The notes under the pieces were generated by a model. That model saw only the letters and a program-made list of their open reading frames with translations. It ran no database searches and was not told the DNA's origin. DNA of 64,000 bases. It comes from Paraspadella gotoi. Taxonomy: Eukaryota; Animalia; Chaetognatha. Shown one piece after another: positions 39,191 through 51,900 of this stretch. The stretch lies in NCBI GenBank assembly GCA_051294375.1, contig CM119266.1:9866538-9930537 (forward strand), in the 5' to 3' direction. The translations under genes and the position numbers were made by a program. Positions within the stretch are counted from its first letter, which is position 1; each line of letters opens with the position of its first letter.

Positions 39191-40199
39191 GTGAATAGAG
39201 AGTGAAGAGTTGTGAAGTGCGGAGTGATGGAGTGTTGTGGAGTTACTTACTATTTTTATATAAGACAGAAAATCAAATCGCCAAATGCAGTGCTCGCTAA
39301 GAAATCGTTTTGCTCTCTTTGGTCCGATCGCAAAACTTTAGGTTATTTGGTAATATTTCAGCGTAGTTTTATTTATGAATGTTAAAAAAGTTATTTTCTT
39401 TTTCTCTTTCTCCCTATTAAAATGAAGGCAACATCGTACAATTAGCCAATTCAATTCCATTCTTTTTTCTGACTGTAATAAATCGATTCATCAAATTTTA
39501 TTTTTCGACTAACTCATCTATGTATTTTAGTGTGTTGTATTGTGAGTACTTGAGAGATATATAATAATATATAATTATATATAATATATATATATATTAT
39601 ATATAGAGGGCTAGTTTGAAAAGCTGTAAGAAGTGAGAGGATGGGTCATCCTATAAGTGAACAGCCTGGGAAGAGGGGAAAACATTGGAAGTGAGTAAAT
39701 AAACTATATAATGTGGGGTGAATAAGGCGTGGGCACCGGGCAGCCATCTTTCCGTGTAAAAAAAAAGTAATGGAGAGTAATAGAGCCTCATTGTTTCTCC
39801 TCTTCTCGAGGTTATTTTTCAAAATACAAAATAAAATATTCATTCTCTCCATTTGCGGTCGGGAAAGCACAGGAGGCCGTTGACCAATAGGTTTTTTTTT
39901 GCTTGGTTCGCTTGGTAAGCTACAATTTTTTTTCCAAGAAATATTGATTCATATGTAGTTATTGTTTTTCTATTATGTTATTTTAATCTCGTTTCTGAAA
40001 GAGAGAGAGCAGAGAGACGGAGAAATGTTGCCGTAAATGAGAATCATCGTTTTGACGGTTTTTTTTTCTCTTTGCGCTTGTGTTATTTTTAAACAGACGA
40101 GCAAGAGATCGAGATCAACTCAACAGTTGTTTTTTTTTAAATTTGAACGAACTTAAGGTCAAACGATAAATGTAAAAAAAAAAATGTATATTATTTCAG

Positions 40200-40377
40200 C
40201 TGCCATACAACAGCCCCTCAATCAGGTCCGCGATCTTTCTCCTACGACCTCGGCGTGAATAATAACTTTTATGTCCGCACGCTAATCAAGTTTATTTTCG
40301 TTTACAGTCGATTAAATTATGCGGCCGATCGTCATATTTTGGATTCGAAGCAGGAAGCGATATTGTCCGGGGGGGGG
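40200..40377 (+). CDS. Two candidate exons (40200-40254, 40308-40377) of an unknown gene
   Basis: tatttcag acceptor; 53-nt intron gtgaat...gctaat...tttacag; gttagg donor. The spliced product is open in two frames. No homology recognised. Confidence 0.25.
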
Positions 40378-40423
40378 GTTAGGAGAAATCTGTATGCTTA
40401 CATAGTCAGGGTCATGCTGTCCA

Positions 40424-40493
40424 AAGTCAGGGGCAAGATAGCTTATTTATTAAATGAATGGATAATTTTTATATTGTTTGTACCAATTTCATA
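40424..40493. mobile_element. Dispersed repeat terminus, copy 2
   Basis: 70 bp matching 55088-55157 with about 4 substitutions. Confidence 0.75.
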
Positions 40494-41529
40494 GAATTGG
40501 AATTAGAATTAGTAAGAATTAGCCAAAGCCTCTCCAAAGTCAAAGATAGAAAACTTTCATATTTGTACCATTTTTACTGAAGATTTGTTAGCTAATTAAT
40601 CTATGACTAAAAAAAAAATTCCAATGGCCTAGTGTAAATGTTAGGAATTTCGTGAATTTCATTGGTATTTTGCAGTGTCCGCGATTGATCCTTAATTGTA
40701 GAATTTTATAAAATTCTCTTTTTATTTTTAGTGCCATCAGTGCAATTAGTCTTGCTCAATGCTTATTTATCGTTTGAATGTCAAATTGTTTCTTTTATTG
40801 TTTTATCGATTTATCTTTTTATCCTCTTAACTGTCAAATTGTTTCTTTTATTTCAGAAAAAAAAATTAAACACGGAATCGACGACGACGACAATGAGGAC
40901 GACGAAGATAACGACGACTTAAACTACAACAACGATAATAACGACAACAACAAAGACGCTCCGCCGTCGACTAATGGGTTTTCATCTCCTAAACACGCTC
41001 TCCTCTTTTTCCCGCCATTTTTCTTTTCATCTTCCTCCTTCGCCGCCATTTTTTTTTGAAGGAGGAAGAAGAAAAATCTCAGGATTAAAAATAAGTTTCA
41101 GCGAAAAAAAAAANNNNNNNNNNNNNNNNNNNNNNNNNNNNNNNNNNNNNNNNNNNNNNNNNNNNNNNNNNNNNNNNNNNNNNNNNNNNNNNNNNNNNNN
41201 NNNNNNNNNNNNNNNNNNNNNNNNNNNNNNNNNNNNNNNNNNNNNNNNNNNNNNNNNNNNNNNNACGTCTTTAAATCGTTCTGCAAAATAACGAATATTT
41301 TTACATTGTAAAATGGTATTATTTTTAATATTCAGGGCATATATCTTCGATCGCAGGACCGCTTGGGTCGTTTTAGGATACGACAAAGAATCTGAGTTTC
41401 TTTCGCTCTCTCGTCCTCATTTACCTCTTTCAGTCTCATCTTTTTTATTCCCAAAGTTTGGTTCTCTCTCTATTCATCCTTTCCCTCTCATTATTTACCT
41501 CCATCTATTCTTTCTCTACTCCCCTCTCT

Positions 41530-41568
<39 letters not shown>

Positions 41569-41667
41569 CCCCTCTCTCGCTCTCCCCCTTTCTGATCTTC
41601 TCTCCTTCTTGCCCGAGGAGAGAGCGAGAGACTCTAAAACGTCTTTTTCCTTTCATAATCCTATTTT

Positions 41668-41716
<49 letters not shown>

Positions 41717-42896
41717 AATCCTATTTCTACTCTTTCTCGTTAATCTTCGTCGAACAGAAGAACAACGAGATTTCCTTTGCAATTTTCTTCTCCATTTGTG
41801 AGTCTGGTCGTAGCTTCGTTTTCTTCGAGCCAATCATCGCGAGGCTCAAACTCCTTTTCGATTTATGGCCGCGTGCGAGTTTAGCTCTGTCGGTTCGTAT
41901 TGTACAGTTGTCCGTTAGTTCGTTGTATTTCTGTTTGTGTTGATACGATCGTTCTTCGCTTCGCCCCTTCGTTAGTTTGTTCGTTCTTTCCCTCTTTCCT
42001 TCCGTCCATCCCTCTCTTTTTATCCTTCCTTCCTTCCTTCCTTCCTNNNNNNNNNNNNNNNNNNNNNNNNNNNNNNNNNNNNNNNNNNNNNNNNNNNNNN
42101 NNNNNNNNNNNNNNNNNNNNNNNNNNNNNNNNNNNNNNNNNNNNNNNNNNNNNNNNNNNNNNNNNNNNNNNNNNNNNNNNNNNNNNNNNNNNNNNNNNNN
42201 NNNNNNNNNNNNNNNNNNNNNNNNNNNNNNNNNNNNNNNNNNNNNNNNNNNNNNNNNNNNGTTTACATCGTCCGTCATTACATCTCCGCTTTTTTAAAGT
42301 CCACGCCCATCTGCGCGGACCGAGATTACGCGTCTCGCGCGGTCGACGGGGTCGACCCGACCGTTCTCCGACCGGAAACAAGGATCGTCATCGTTGAGGC
42401 CCGCGGTAAACATCCGGCGATCGTTCCTGTAACGTTTTCAGGGGGGTTACATCGTTACATCGTTGTCATTATCGTCGTCGGTATTATTCTTTTCAACATT
42501 GTTATTAGTTTAACGGTTTAGACATCACGCTGTATTTACTAGGACTATTTGAAACGGAAATATTGCTTAAATGTAAAAAAAACACTAAATATTATGTAGT
42601 TACTATGTTCAAGAGCATCCCGTCTGAAGTAAAAATACAGATTTTATTTTTTTTTTACGCTGCTAAAAAAAAAGAATTCGATTGGGGTGACTGAGGTTGA
42701 CTGAGGGTGACTGAGGGTTGTGGTCAGAATTGGCGAATGGTCACGTTTCTCGTTAGGAAGGGTCATTGTTGTAGACGAGGGGGGGAAGATTTTGCACCGG
42801 GTCACTGATGAAAGAAAGAATGAATGACTGTCTGCAACCGGTGAACCAAGCGTCCAGGGAATCCGGGCAATTGTAGTTCAATAAGTTTAGTAAAGA

Positions 42897-42990
42897 AAAG
42901 TAAAGTAAAGTAAAGTAAAGTAAAGTAAAGTAAAGTAAAGTAAAGTAAAGTAAAGTAAAGTAAAGTAAAGGAAAGGAAAGTAAAGTAAAG
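42897..42990. repeat. (AAAGT)n pentanucleotide microsatellite
   Basis: About 18 units, mostly perfect. Confidence 0.97.
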
Positions 42991-43960
42991 AAAATATTAA
43001 TTTTTTAGGAATGGTCAAATTTAGAGGGAGAACTGAGGTCTCAAGAAAGTTCTTTGTTCGATGGCGTGGCGTTGACGAGACNNNNNNNNNNNNNNNNNNN
43101 NNNNNNNNNNNNNNNNNNNNNNNNNNNNNNNNNNNNNNNNNNNNNNNNNNNNNNNNNNNNNNNNNNNNNNNNNNNNNNNNNNNNNNNNNNNNNNNNNNNN
43201 NNNNNNNNNNNNNNNNNNNNNNNNNNNNNNNNNNNNNNNNNNNNNNNNNNNNNNNNNNNNNNNNNNNNNNNNNNNNNNNNNNNNNNNNNNNNNNNNNNNN
43301 NNNNNNNNAGTCCCGACGGACGGCCTTGAGTCAAGGCGCTCTCGTCCGTTCTCCCTTCCCCGTTTCTCAAAGACGAAATTCGAGTCACTCGTTCTAAAAA
43401 ACTCGATCTCGGGTCGTTCGTTTTATCGTTCGAGGGCCTTTTGTTTAATTTTTAATTTTTAGAATTAATAGGACTTTTTACAGTTGAGACATTTTAAATT
43501 TTATTAAAAATCACACAAAGGAAAAGTAGGTACAATATATTTTTTATTATGACCAATAATTTACTTTTTTTTATAGACATTTTACTCATATTTGGTCAGT
43601 CGGAAAAGCCCCTCGATCTCAGGGTCCTATTTCAATTATATTGATTCCGACCGTTTAGCAGGAATCTGGCCCACGGACTTTTGTTTAAAAAAAGTTAAAA
43701 ACTTTAATCGAGAAAATAAAACGATTGACGAGGTTCATATAAAGCATTTGTTCTCTCGACCATAAATAAATAATAATAAAAAAAAAACANNNNNNNNNNN
43801 NNNNNNNNNNNNNNNNNNNNNNNNNNNNNNNNNNNNNNNNNNNNNNNNNNNNNNNNNNNNNNNNNNNNNNNNNNNNNNNNNNNNNNNNNNNNNNNNNNNN
43901 NNNNNNNNNNNNNNNNNNNNNNNNNNNNNNNNNNNNNNNNNNNNNNNNNNNNNNNNNNNN

Positions 43961-44404
43961 AGAGAGAGAGAGCTTTTTCTGAAAAACAACGCGACAACAT
44001 CGGATGTTGTTTTGATCGACGTCGTATAAAAACAACAAAAGGAGGCCAGCGACGACGTCGGCCGGAGCGACATCAAACGGTCGAAGGGGAAAACACACAC
44101 ACAAAAAAGGGGGAAAACCGCTTCCCCNNNNNNNNNNNNNNNNNNNNNNNNNAGATAGAGAGAGTATGAGAGGAAGAAGATGAGAAGAGCAAGAGAGAAG
44201 GAAGAGAGAGAGAGAGACGTGAGAGAGAGAGAGAGAGAGAGAGAGCTTTTTCTGAAAAACAACGCGACAACTATCGGATGTTGTTTTGATCGACGTCGTA
44301 TAAAAACAACAAAAGGAGCGCCAAGCGACGCACGTCGGCCGGACGCATCAAACGGTCGAAGGGGAAAAACACACACACAAAAAAGGGGGAAAACGGCTTC
44401 CCCC
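43961..44404. repeat. ~170-bp direct duplication across a 25-N gap
   Basis: agctttttctgaaaaacaacgcgacaac...ggggaaaac occurs at ~43971 and ~44243. The second copy has small indels. Confidence 0.9.
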
Positions 44405-44778
44405 TGTCTTTTTCTCTCTCTCGCGCTTTAAATTCGTTGCTCCAATTACAGACTGACCGGAACAAACGAGCTGACAGACGGGACGACCGCATGGCGTGCG
44501 TCGCCGGCGCGTTGTCGTTCCCCCTTCAGGTCACTGTCTAGCCTCACTTGCTCACTGCCGACTCCCTACTCCTGCCATCGCGCCCGCCACTTGCCCCTTT
44601 CCCACTCCCCTCCCCCACGCGCGCGCCAGGAGCGTTTTCCCCCTTCTGTTTTGTTTCCTTTTCCCCTGTATTTGTTTTCTAGTTCGCTGTCATCGTCGCC
44701 CTCTCTTCTCTCTCATCTCTCTCTCTCTCTCTTCTCTCTCTCTTCTCTCTCTCTCTGCTCTCTCTTCTCTATCTCTTT

Positions 44779-44828
<50 letters not shown>

Positions 44829-45358
44829 CTCTCAGTCCCTCGAGGAAAAGAGAGAGAAAAAAAGATAAATGGAAAAATATCTTTTTATTCTTTTTCTCCC
44901 CTTTTGGTTTTTTTTTCTGCCCTTTACTTCATCTTTTTTCCGCGATTCTAGTTTTCCGAGTTTTTTATTTTTTTGCAAATCTTATTCATTTCTTTTTTGT
45001 TTCTCTTCAATGTTTTTTCTTCTCTTCGCGTTTCTCGTACTCGAGGGAACAAAAAATGGCTGCCGAGGTTTTCTCCTTTTTTTCTTCTCCTTTACATTTT
45101 CCTTTTTTTTCCTCTTTTAATTTTTTTGCTACTTTGCCTCTAAATTTATGCGCAAAGAAATTTGGTTGTCAACGATTTTTATAAGTCAAAAATGAAAAGA
45201 TGGAAATTTTTTATTTTTTTGTTGATGTAAACGACTTTGTTTTTTTTTTGAAGAAAACCAAAAAAAACAAAACAAAGCAAAAAAAAAAAACAAAACAAAT
45301 ATTCAAAAGCTTTAAAAAAAATTTGTCTCTTACAAAATTCTTGAAAATTGTGGCGTCA

Positions 45359-45510
45359 GTCTCGGTGGCGCTTCGGTTATAAAGCATTCACTCCCGAACT
45401 GATGGTTCGAATCCACAAAGTAAGGAGCTTAATAGCGAGAAACTAAATTATTCTATACTTCAACAAATTCCTTGCCCGATATTTGTCACCGAACTATGCT
45501 TTATGCCTCT
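45359..45510 (+). mobile_element. tRNA-derived SINE-like element or tRNA pseudogene head
   Basis: A-box-like TGGCGCTTCGG (45366-45376) and perfect B-box GGTTCGAATCC (45404-45414). There is no complementary 3' acceptor strand, so it is not an intact tRNA. The 3' boundary is uncertain. Confidence 0.5.
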
Positions 45511-46402
45511 TTCTCTCTCTCTCTCTCACTCTCTCGTAAATCCGTGTGAAGGTCACATTCACACACACAAAATCCTACCTCACACCTTTGCTTTTATAAA
45601 TCCTCAAAGTCCTAGCGAGAAAAATCCCTAGATTAAGCGGATAAATAAAGAAAAAAAAAGAGTGTGGGGGGGGAACTCTCAAAGTAAAACTCCATTAAAA
45701 ACTCTGTATTTGATGTAATCACATTTTCCTCTCAGTTTTCCAGATTCCTCGGATTTATATTTTTCCGAGTGAAGGAGGAGGAGGAGGAGAAGGAGGAGGA
45801 GGGGGTGAAACAGTGTTTGCTCGCGGAGAAAAACGCGAAAATCTGTGATGGGGATCGTGAGAAATCGTGTGAACTGTGAATGGAATATGAAGAGTCGAGT
45901 TGGGAAAGATGAATAAAATAGAGAGAGAGAGAGAGAGAAGGGCGAGAGAGAGAAAACTTGAGAATTATCAGATGCGCCATGACAGCCTGACAACGTGACA
46001 GGGCGACAGGTATTTGGAGAGAGAGAGAGAGAGAGAGAGACGAGAGAAGAGAGAGAGAGAAGCACGGTCGATTTCCGTTTCAATTATGAGGCGAGCGCGT
46101 GATTTTTCCATGAGCTTTTTTTAGGAAGTTTTCAGGAGGTGTGGCTCGAGATTGGAAGCTAGAGATTTAGAGGGGAAGATCGGGAAGATTGGTCTGGGGG
46201 CCTTCTTGGGGCGGGAAGGGGGTTTATGGAAGGGAGGGTTGAATCGGGGGGGTGTGTCGTCTCCCCTTCACGACGATGGGGAAAAAATAAAAAGGAAAAA
46301 AAGAAAATAAGAGAAAGAAAAAAGAGTGAAACGATTTTGGCTTCGGACCTAAAAGTTTTTTCCCTGCGAGGGAAAAAGAAGAGAGAGAGAGAGAAAAGAG
46401 GA

Positions 46403-46444
<42 letters not shown>

Positions 46445-46599
46445 AGGAGAGAAGAGAGAGAGAAAGAGCCTGCGTCTGTGTTGTTTGATGTTTTTTCCCG
46501 TTCGATGCGTCCTTTGTTCCTCGTTTGGCTTCTGTTTGGTTGACTTTTACGTCGTTAGAGGGCGAAGGAAACGTACTTAAGCCCCGATTTCGAATGGCG

Positions 46600-46674
<75 letters not shown>

Positions 46675-47059
46675 ACGATTTTTACGACCAGGGGTTCTCT
46701 CTTTTTTTTCTCTCCGACTTATTTCCTTTTTATTCGGTCCCCAGTGTACTCGTTTTTTCCGGGATAGAGGGCGTATTCCCTTGCGCCGCGTGGGTCTCGA
46801 ACATCGCGACTAATGTTCGTTCGGCTCGACCGTTTCTTTTCTTCTGACGCGCTCGACGCACAACCGGTTTCTCACTTCCGGTTTATTTGAAGCCGAGGAC
46901 GTCTTTTGTCTTTTTTCACTTAAATTTTCTACGAAAAAAGTTTTTTTCGAGTTTTTATTCTTCGACCCTCGAAATTTTTGCGAAGTGGTGGGGTCGTGGG
47001 GGGGGGTGGCGAAAGGGGGGGGTGCTTTGAGGGAGGGACGGTGCGGGGGGGTCACTATC

Positions 47060-48105
47060 ATGAGCATTGGTGTAAGGCGTGGATTGACGGAAAATATCAC
47101 AGGCGCTCGTGCACGAGCCAGTAACGACTACACTATATTGAGTTAGTAGGGCGTGGATGACGGAAAATAAGTCACGGGCCGCTCTGCTAAGCAGAGCCAG
47201 AAACGAACTACATATATGAGCCTTAGTAGGGGATGACGGAAAATAAATCTAAGGGCCCAGCTATCGAGCCAGAACAGCTACATACTATTATGGCTAGTGG
47301 GTGTGGCATGATCGGAAATATGCACAGGGCCATCGCTACTGGCAGAAGCGACTACACTATATGAGCCTGAGTAGGTCGTGGATCGATCCGGAATAATATC
47401 AAGTGGCCCGCTATGCGAGCCAGAAGAACTACACTTATAGTGAGCGCTAGTAGTGGTGATGACGGAAATAGCAAGGCCTCTGCATATCGATATGCATGAG
47501 ACGACTACACTAATAGTGAGCTTAGTGAGGGTGAATGACGGGGAAAATATATGCACAGGCGCTCGGGCTTCCGTAAGCGAGTCAATAATCTGACTACACT
47601 ATAGTGAGCTTAGTAGGAGTGTATGACGGGAAAATATCACCAGGCCTCGCTATCGATGCCAGATGACTACACTATAGATGAGCTCGTAGGGTGGATGACG
47701 GAAAAATAGTCACAGTGGCCTCTCGGCTACGATGAGCCAGAATCGACTACACATTCTAGCTAGGTATTGAGACGAATCATGACCAGGCCGTCGCGTCTGG
47801 TGCCGAACGACGTAACAATAATAGCTTAGTAGGTGGGACTGACGAATAATATCACAGGCCTCTTAATCGAGCCAGAACACTACGACTATTATGGTGAGCT
47901 AGTAGGGTGGATGACGAAACATATCACAGGGCTCGGCTATCTGAGCCAGAAGCGACCTACACTTGATGATGAGGCTTAGTAGGGTGGGATGACGGAAAAT
48001 ATCACATGGTCCTCGCTATCGAGCAGAACGACTACACTTATGAGCTTAGTAGGGTGGATGAACGGAAAATATCCAGGGCCTCGCTATCGAGCCAGAACGA
48101 CTACA
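47060..48105. repeat. Tandem array of a ~69-bp unit, ~14 indel-rich copies
   Basis: By-eye consensus ATGACGGAAAATATCACAGGCCTCGCTATCGAGCCAGAACGACTACACTATATGAGCTTAGTAGGGTGG. The GACGGAAAAT-like anchor recurs about every 70-78 bp. Confidence 0.92.
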
Positions 48106-49689
48106 GGGCGGAAGGACGACGACGATGAGGACTATGATGATGATGTTGACGACGACGGCGAGAATGATGACTGTGAAGGACAGCGATAATGATGACAACA
48201 GTAACAATAGAAAACGATAACTGTGGTGTACGGTGTCAGTAATAATGACAGTAGTAATGACGAAAATGACAACGTTTATTGTGACAATGACAGCGACAAT
48301 AACGACTAAGTATGTACATTGTACAACGTTTGCCCTAATGCCGTAGGTTCAGTACATAACGTTTTTAATCATTTTTTTTCAAATTTGTCGTACGCGTACA
48401 CTTTCATTTTTTCTTTTTCTCAATATTTCTCCGTCATTTTTTCTCTCTATTACTTTCGCACCCAAATTTCTCTTTTCTCTGTCTTTCCCTTTCATTCCTC
48501 CTCCCCTCTTTTCCTCCATCTCTCCATCACTCCCCCCTTCCATCCTCTTCCTCCTCCAAAGCTTCAGGCGAATCTGCGGGGAATTACGTTGGATTTCAAA
48601 GTTGGCGACGGATGAAAGTTGGAATTCGGGAGGAAAAAAGAAAAGAAAAAAGAAATGAAAAAAGGAGGAAAGAAAAGAAAAAAATATCGACTAAAAAAGA
48701 TGAAAAAAAAGGAAAAGGAGAGAGTTGCGTTGGCGAGAGGATTCAAGAATGGAGAGGAAAGGGAGGAAAGGAAAGTGAAGGGAGGAAAGGAAAGTGAGGG
48801 GAAGAAAGGAAAGATAGTTTTATAGTGAAAAGTTACGGGCTTAAAAATCGAGATGTAGAAACAAGAAAAATAAAAGGTGGAATAGAGATTTTGGTGAAAC
48901 TAGTTGAATGAGAGAAAGAAATAACAAGGGAATAAAAATATACACATGTGAAATATAAATGTCGAAAGAAAAAAAAACATAACAGAAGAATCGAAAATAT
49001 TGTAGTAGTAAAAACTAAAAAAGTAAGGAAATCGAGAGAGAATTCTAAACTGCGAATAACCAAGGAACGGTGGCAATCACGGCACGCACAGCAAGCAAGA
49101 ACGCGTCAAGAGTTAAAACAAAGACATCGATATGTAGTTTCGGTCACGACGTCGTCGGGTGAGTGACGTTTCCTGGCGTCTCGAAATGCCAACGCTTCAA
49201 CGACCCTGACCCAACATTGGCACATTGGCGAGTGGCAAAGTGTTCGATCGCTACATTGAAAAAGTGGCATGATGATCAGACGCCACATGGGTCGCTTGGC
49301 AACGAGGGTTTGACCCAAAGGCGAAAGATTCCATCCACTCGGGTCAGAGAACAAAGAGAGAGGAATTCTAATGACTCGAGCTTGGAATGGGGGGGGAGGA
49401 AAAAATTAGGGTGGAGTCGGAGGGAGGGGCGGGGCTTGGAGGGTGTGGGTGGAAATACGTGAGGTGGATTAATTAATGACGCGATCATTCGCGGGAATTT
49501 ATGGTGATGTAACGGAAAATCCAGAGGTTATTCCCCTTTGTGGTCCGTGAGGTTGAAGCCAGGCTTTTTTTTTCTTGCTTTTATAATCTGCGTCAAAACA
49601 TCGGAATGAGATTTAATCTATTCACGCGAATAATGAATGAAATAGGAAAGAATTAAACGACGCGTCGGCCAATCATTTCGCAGTTCGTC

Positions 49690-49718
49690 CTATCACTATC
49701 ACTATCACTATCACTATC
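49690..49718. repeat. (CACTAT)n hexanucleotide repeat
   Basis: ctatcactatcactatcactatcactatc. Confidence 0.85.
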
Positions 49719-50368
49719 TTTTCTCCAATTTTTCGTCTCTATCATCGATCTTGTGATACGGAAAGAAAATGATAAGGAGAGAGTTCAGCCTTCGCCGTCC
49801 CGCAGGCAGAGGAAGGAAGTCGGTGGACGCTGCCGACGCTGCTGAGGACGCGGCGGATGCAGCCGCTGCGGCGAGCGCAGGGAAAAAAAAAGACTGATTG
49901 ACCAGGGGAAAGGGGAGGGGAACGAGGGTGGGAGGGAAGAGGGGAAAAGGGAAGTAAGGGAAAGAGATGGGGAAGATAAAGGTAGGATATGAGATGGTGG
50001 GAATGACATAATGTGATATACATTCACGAAAGGAAAAAAAATAAACAGAGAGTTAGAATAATTTCACGGAAATGAAGAGAAATATTTACGTCAAGACGTT
50101 GTGATTCTTAAGTAAGATTCGTATCGACAGAGAGGTGCTGAACTTTTGATCAGGGAGAGAATGAAAAGAGAAGAAAAGAAAAGTCGGTCGTAGGCGGGAA
50201 AGAAAAGAGATGGAAGGGAGAAAGGCGAGGCATAGAAAGGAAAATTAGATAGGAATGAGAAAAGAAGAGAAAGGAATGATGAATAGTATATGAGAGGAGG
50301 AAGAGGAAAGAAGAGAACAGATGAAAAGAGGAGGAAGGGGAAAGACGGATATAAAGGAGGAAAAAAGA

Positions 50369-50408
<40 letters not shown>

Positions 50409-50410
50409 AG

Positions 50411-50446
<36 letters not shown>

Positions 50447-50607
50447 AAATAAGGAAAAAAAACTATTCGGTATGCACAGGGACATTCTCAACTTGGATTG
50501 CGGCTCGAGTCTCTGGACGGCAATTCATCCACCACCCCAACCCACCCACACCCCCTTACACGATCGGAGTCCCCCTTCTCTAATTCGAGTCCCCTCCTTA
50601 TTGTCTC

Positions 50608-50661
<54 letters not shown>

Positions 50662-50963
50662 ATTTTTTGCCTCTCTTCTTCCTCTGTTCAAACAAGGTCT
50701 TCTTTTTCCCTCGCTTTTTTTTCCTTTCCTGTCTTTGGAAAGGTTCGCCTCTCTTAAAACTGCACAGCGCCCCCTATCTCTCCTCGGCCGCCCCTCTTTC
50801 GGCCGTTACTAAATTCGCGCTGGCCTCTCATTTTTCTTTTCTTTCATCTTTTCTCTTTTTTCATTCTCTCTCACCTCTCTCTCTTTCTCAAAGCTGAGAC
50901 ATTGTTTCGCCTTTCTTAATTTATTTATACTTTTTTTAACTCACAAACTTTCTCTCTCCTTCT

Positions 50964-51045
<82 letters not shown>

Positions 51046-51161
51046 CGACCTTTCCTTTTTTTCTCCGTTCCTTCGTTTCATTTATCTTCCACGGAGTTAT
51101 TTCGTACTTTTATAAACGCTTTCCTCACTTAATATTTCGTCTAGATCTTTAAACCGGTGAG

Positions 51162-51198
<37 letters not shown>

Positions 51199-51544
51199 AG
51201 TTACCCTCATAAACTAAGAAAGACAAGAGAAACTAAACTAAAAACATGTAGGCGTTAAAAACAAAAAGTGGAAGGGATAGAAAGACAAAGAAAGACAGAC
51301 AGAAGGGACAGAGTAAAAGCGCACAGAAGGAGAGCCGAAGGACAGCGAGAGAGAGAGAGACAGACAGAGGCGACCCTGGCGGGAATGAAAGTTTCAAAAC
51401 CAGCGACGCGTTATAAGAAGGTGCGTCTCCGCCGACGTTGACAAATGGGAGCAAGAAATTGAACACCAGACACGCCCACCGGAGGGCGACAAAAAAAAGG
51501 GCAAAGAGGCGAATAAAATGCGTGACGAGAAAGAGGGGGGAAAG

Positions 51545-51900
51545 GATGGGGATTTGGAGATGGGGATGGGAGATTGGGGATTGGGGACTTGGAGAAGGGG
51601 AATCGGGCATGGGGGGATGGGGGGATGGGACGATGGGAGATTGGGGATTGGGGATTTGGAGATGGGGGATGGGGCCACGGTATTTTGGGGATTGGGGATG
51701 GGAGATGGGGGATGGGGCGATGGGAGATTGAAGATTTGGAATGAGAGATGGGGATTGGGGATGGGGAATTGGATAGGGATTGGGGATGGGGAATGGAGAT
51801 TTAAAATTGGGATTCAATTGAAAACAGGGATGAAAATTGAGATGGGAATGAAGACATTGATTGTAATTGTTAAGAGTAGATTGAAAATTGGGATTGAGAT
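51545..51900. repeat. Degenerate (GGGGAT/GGGATT)n G-rich repeat decaying into AT-rich variants
   Basis: Many 6-7 nt units with G3-G6 runs. Confidence 0.9.

Noticed and set aside
47060-48105. CRISPR-like regular spacing
   Set aside because: The whole unit repeats with no unique spacers, no cas genes are present, and the context is eukaryotic.
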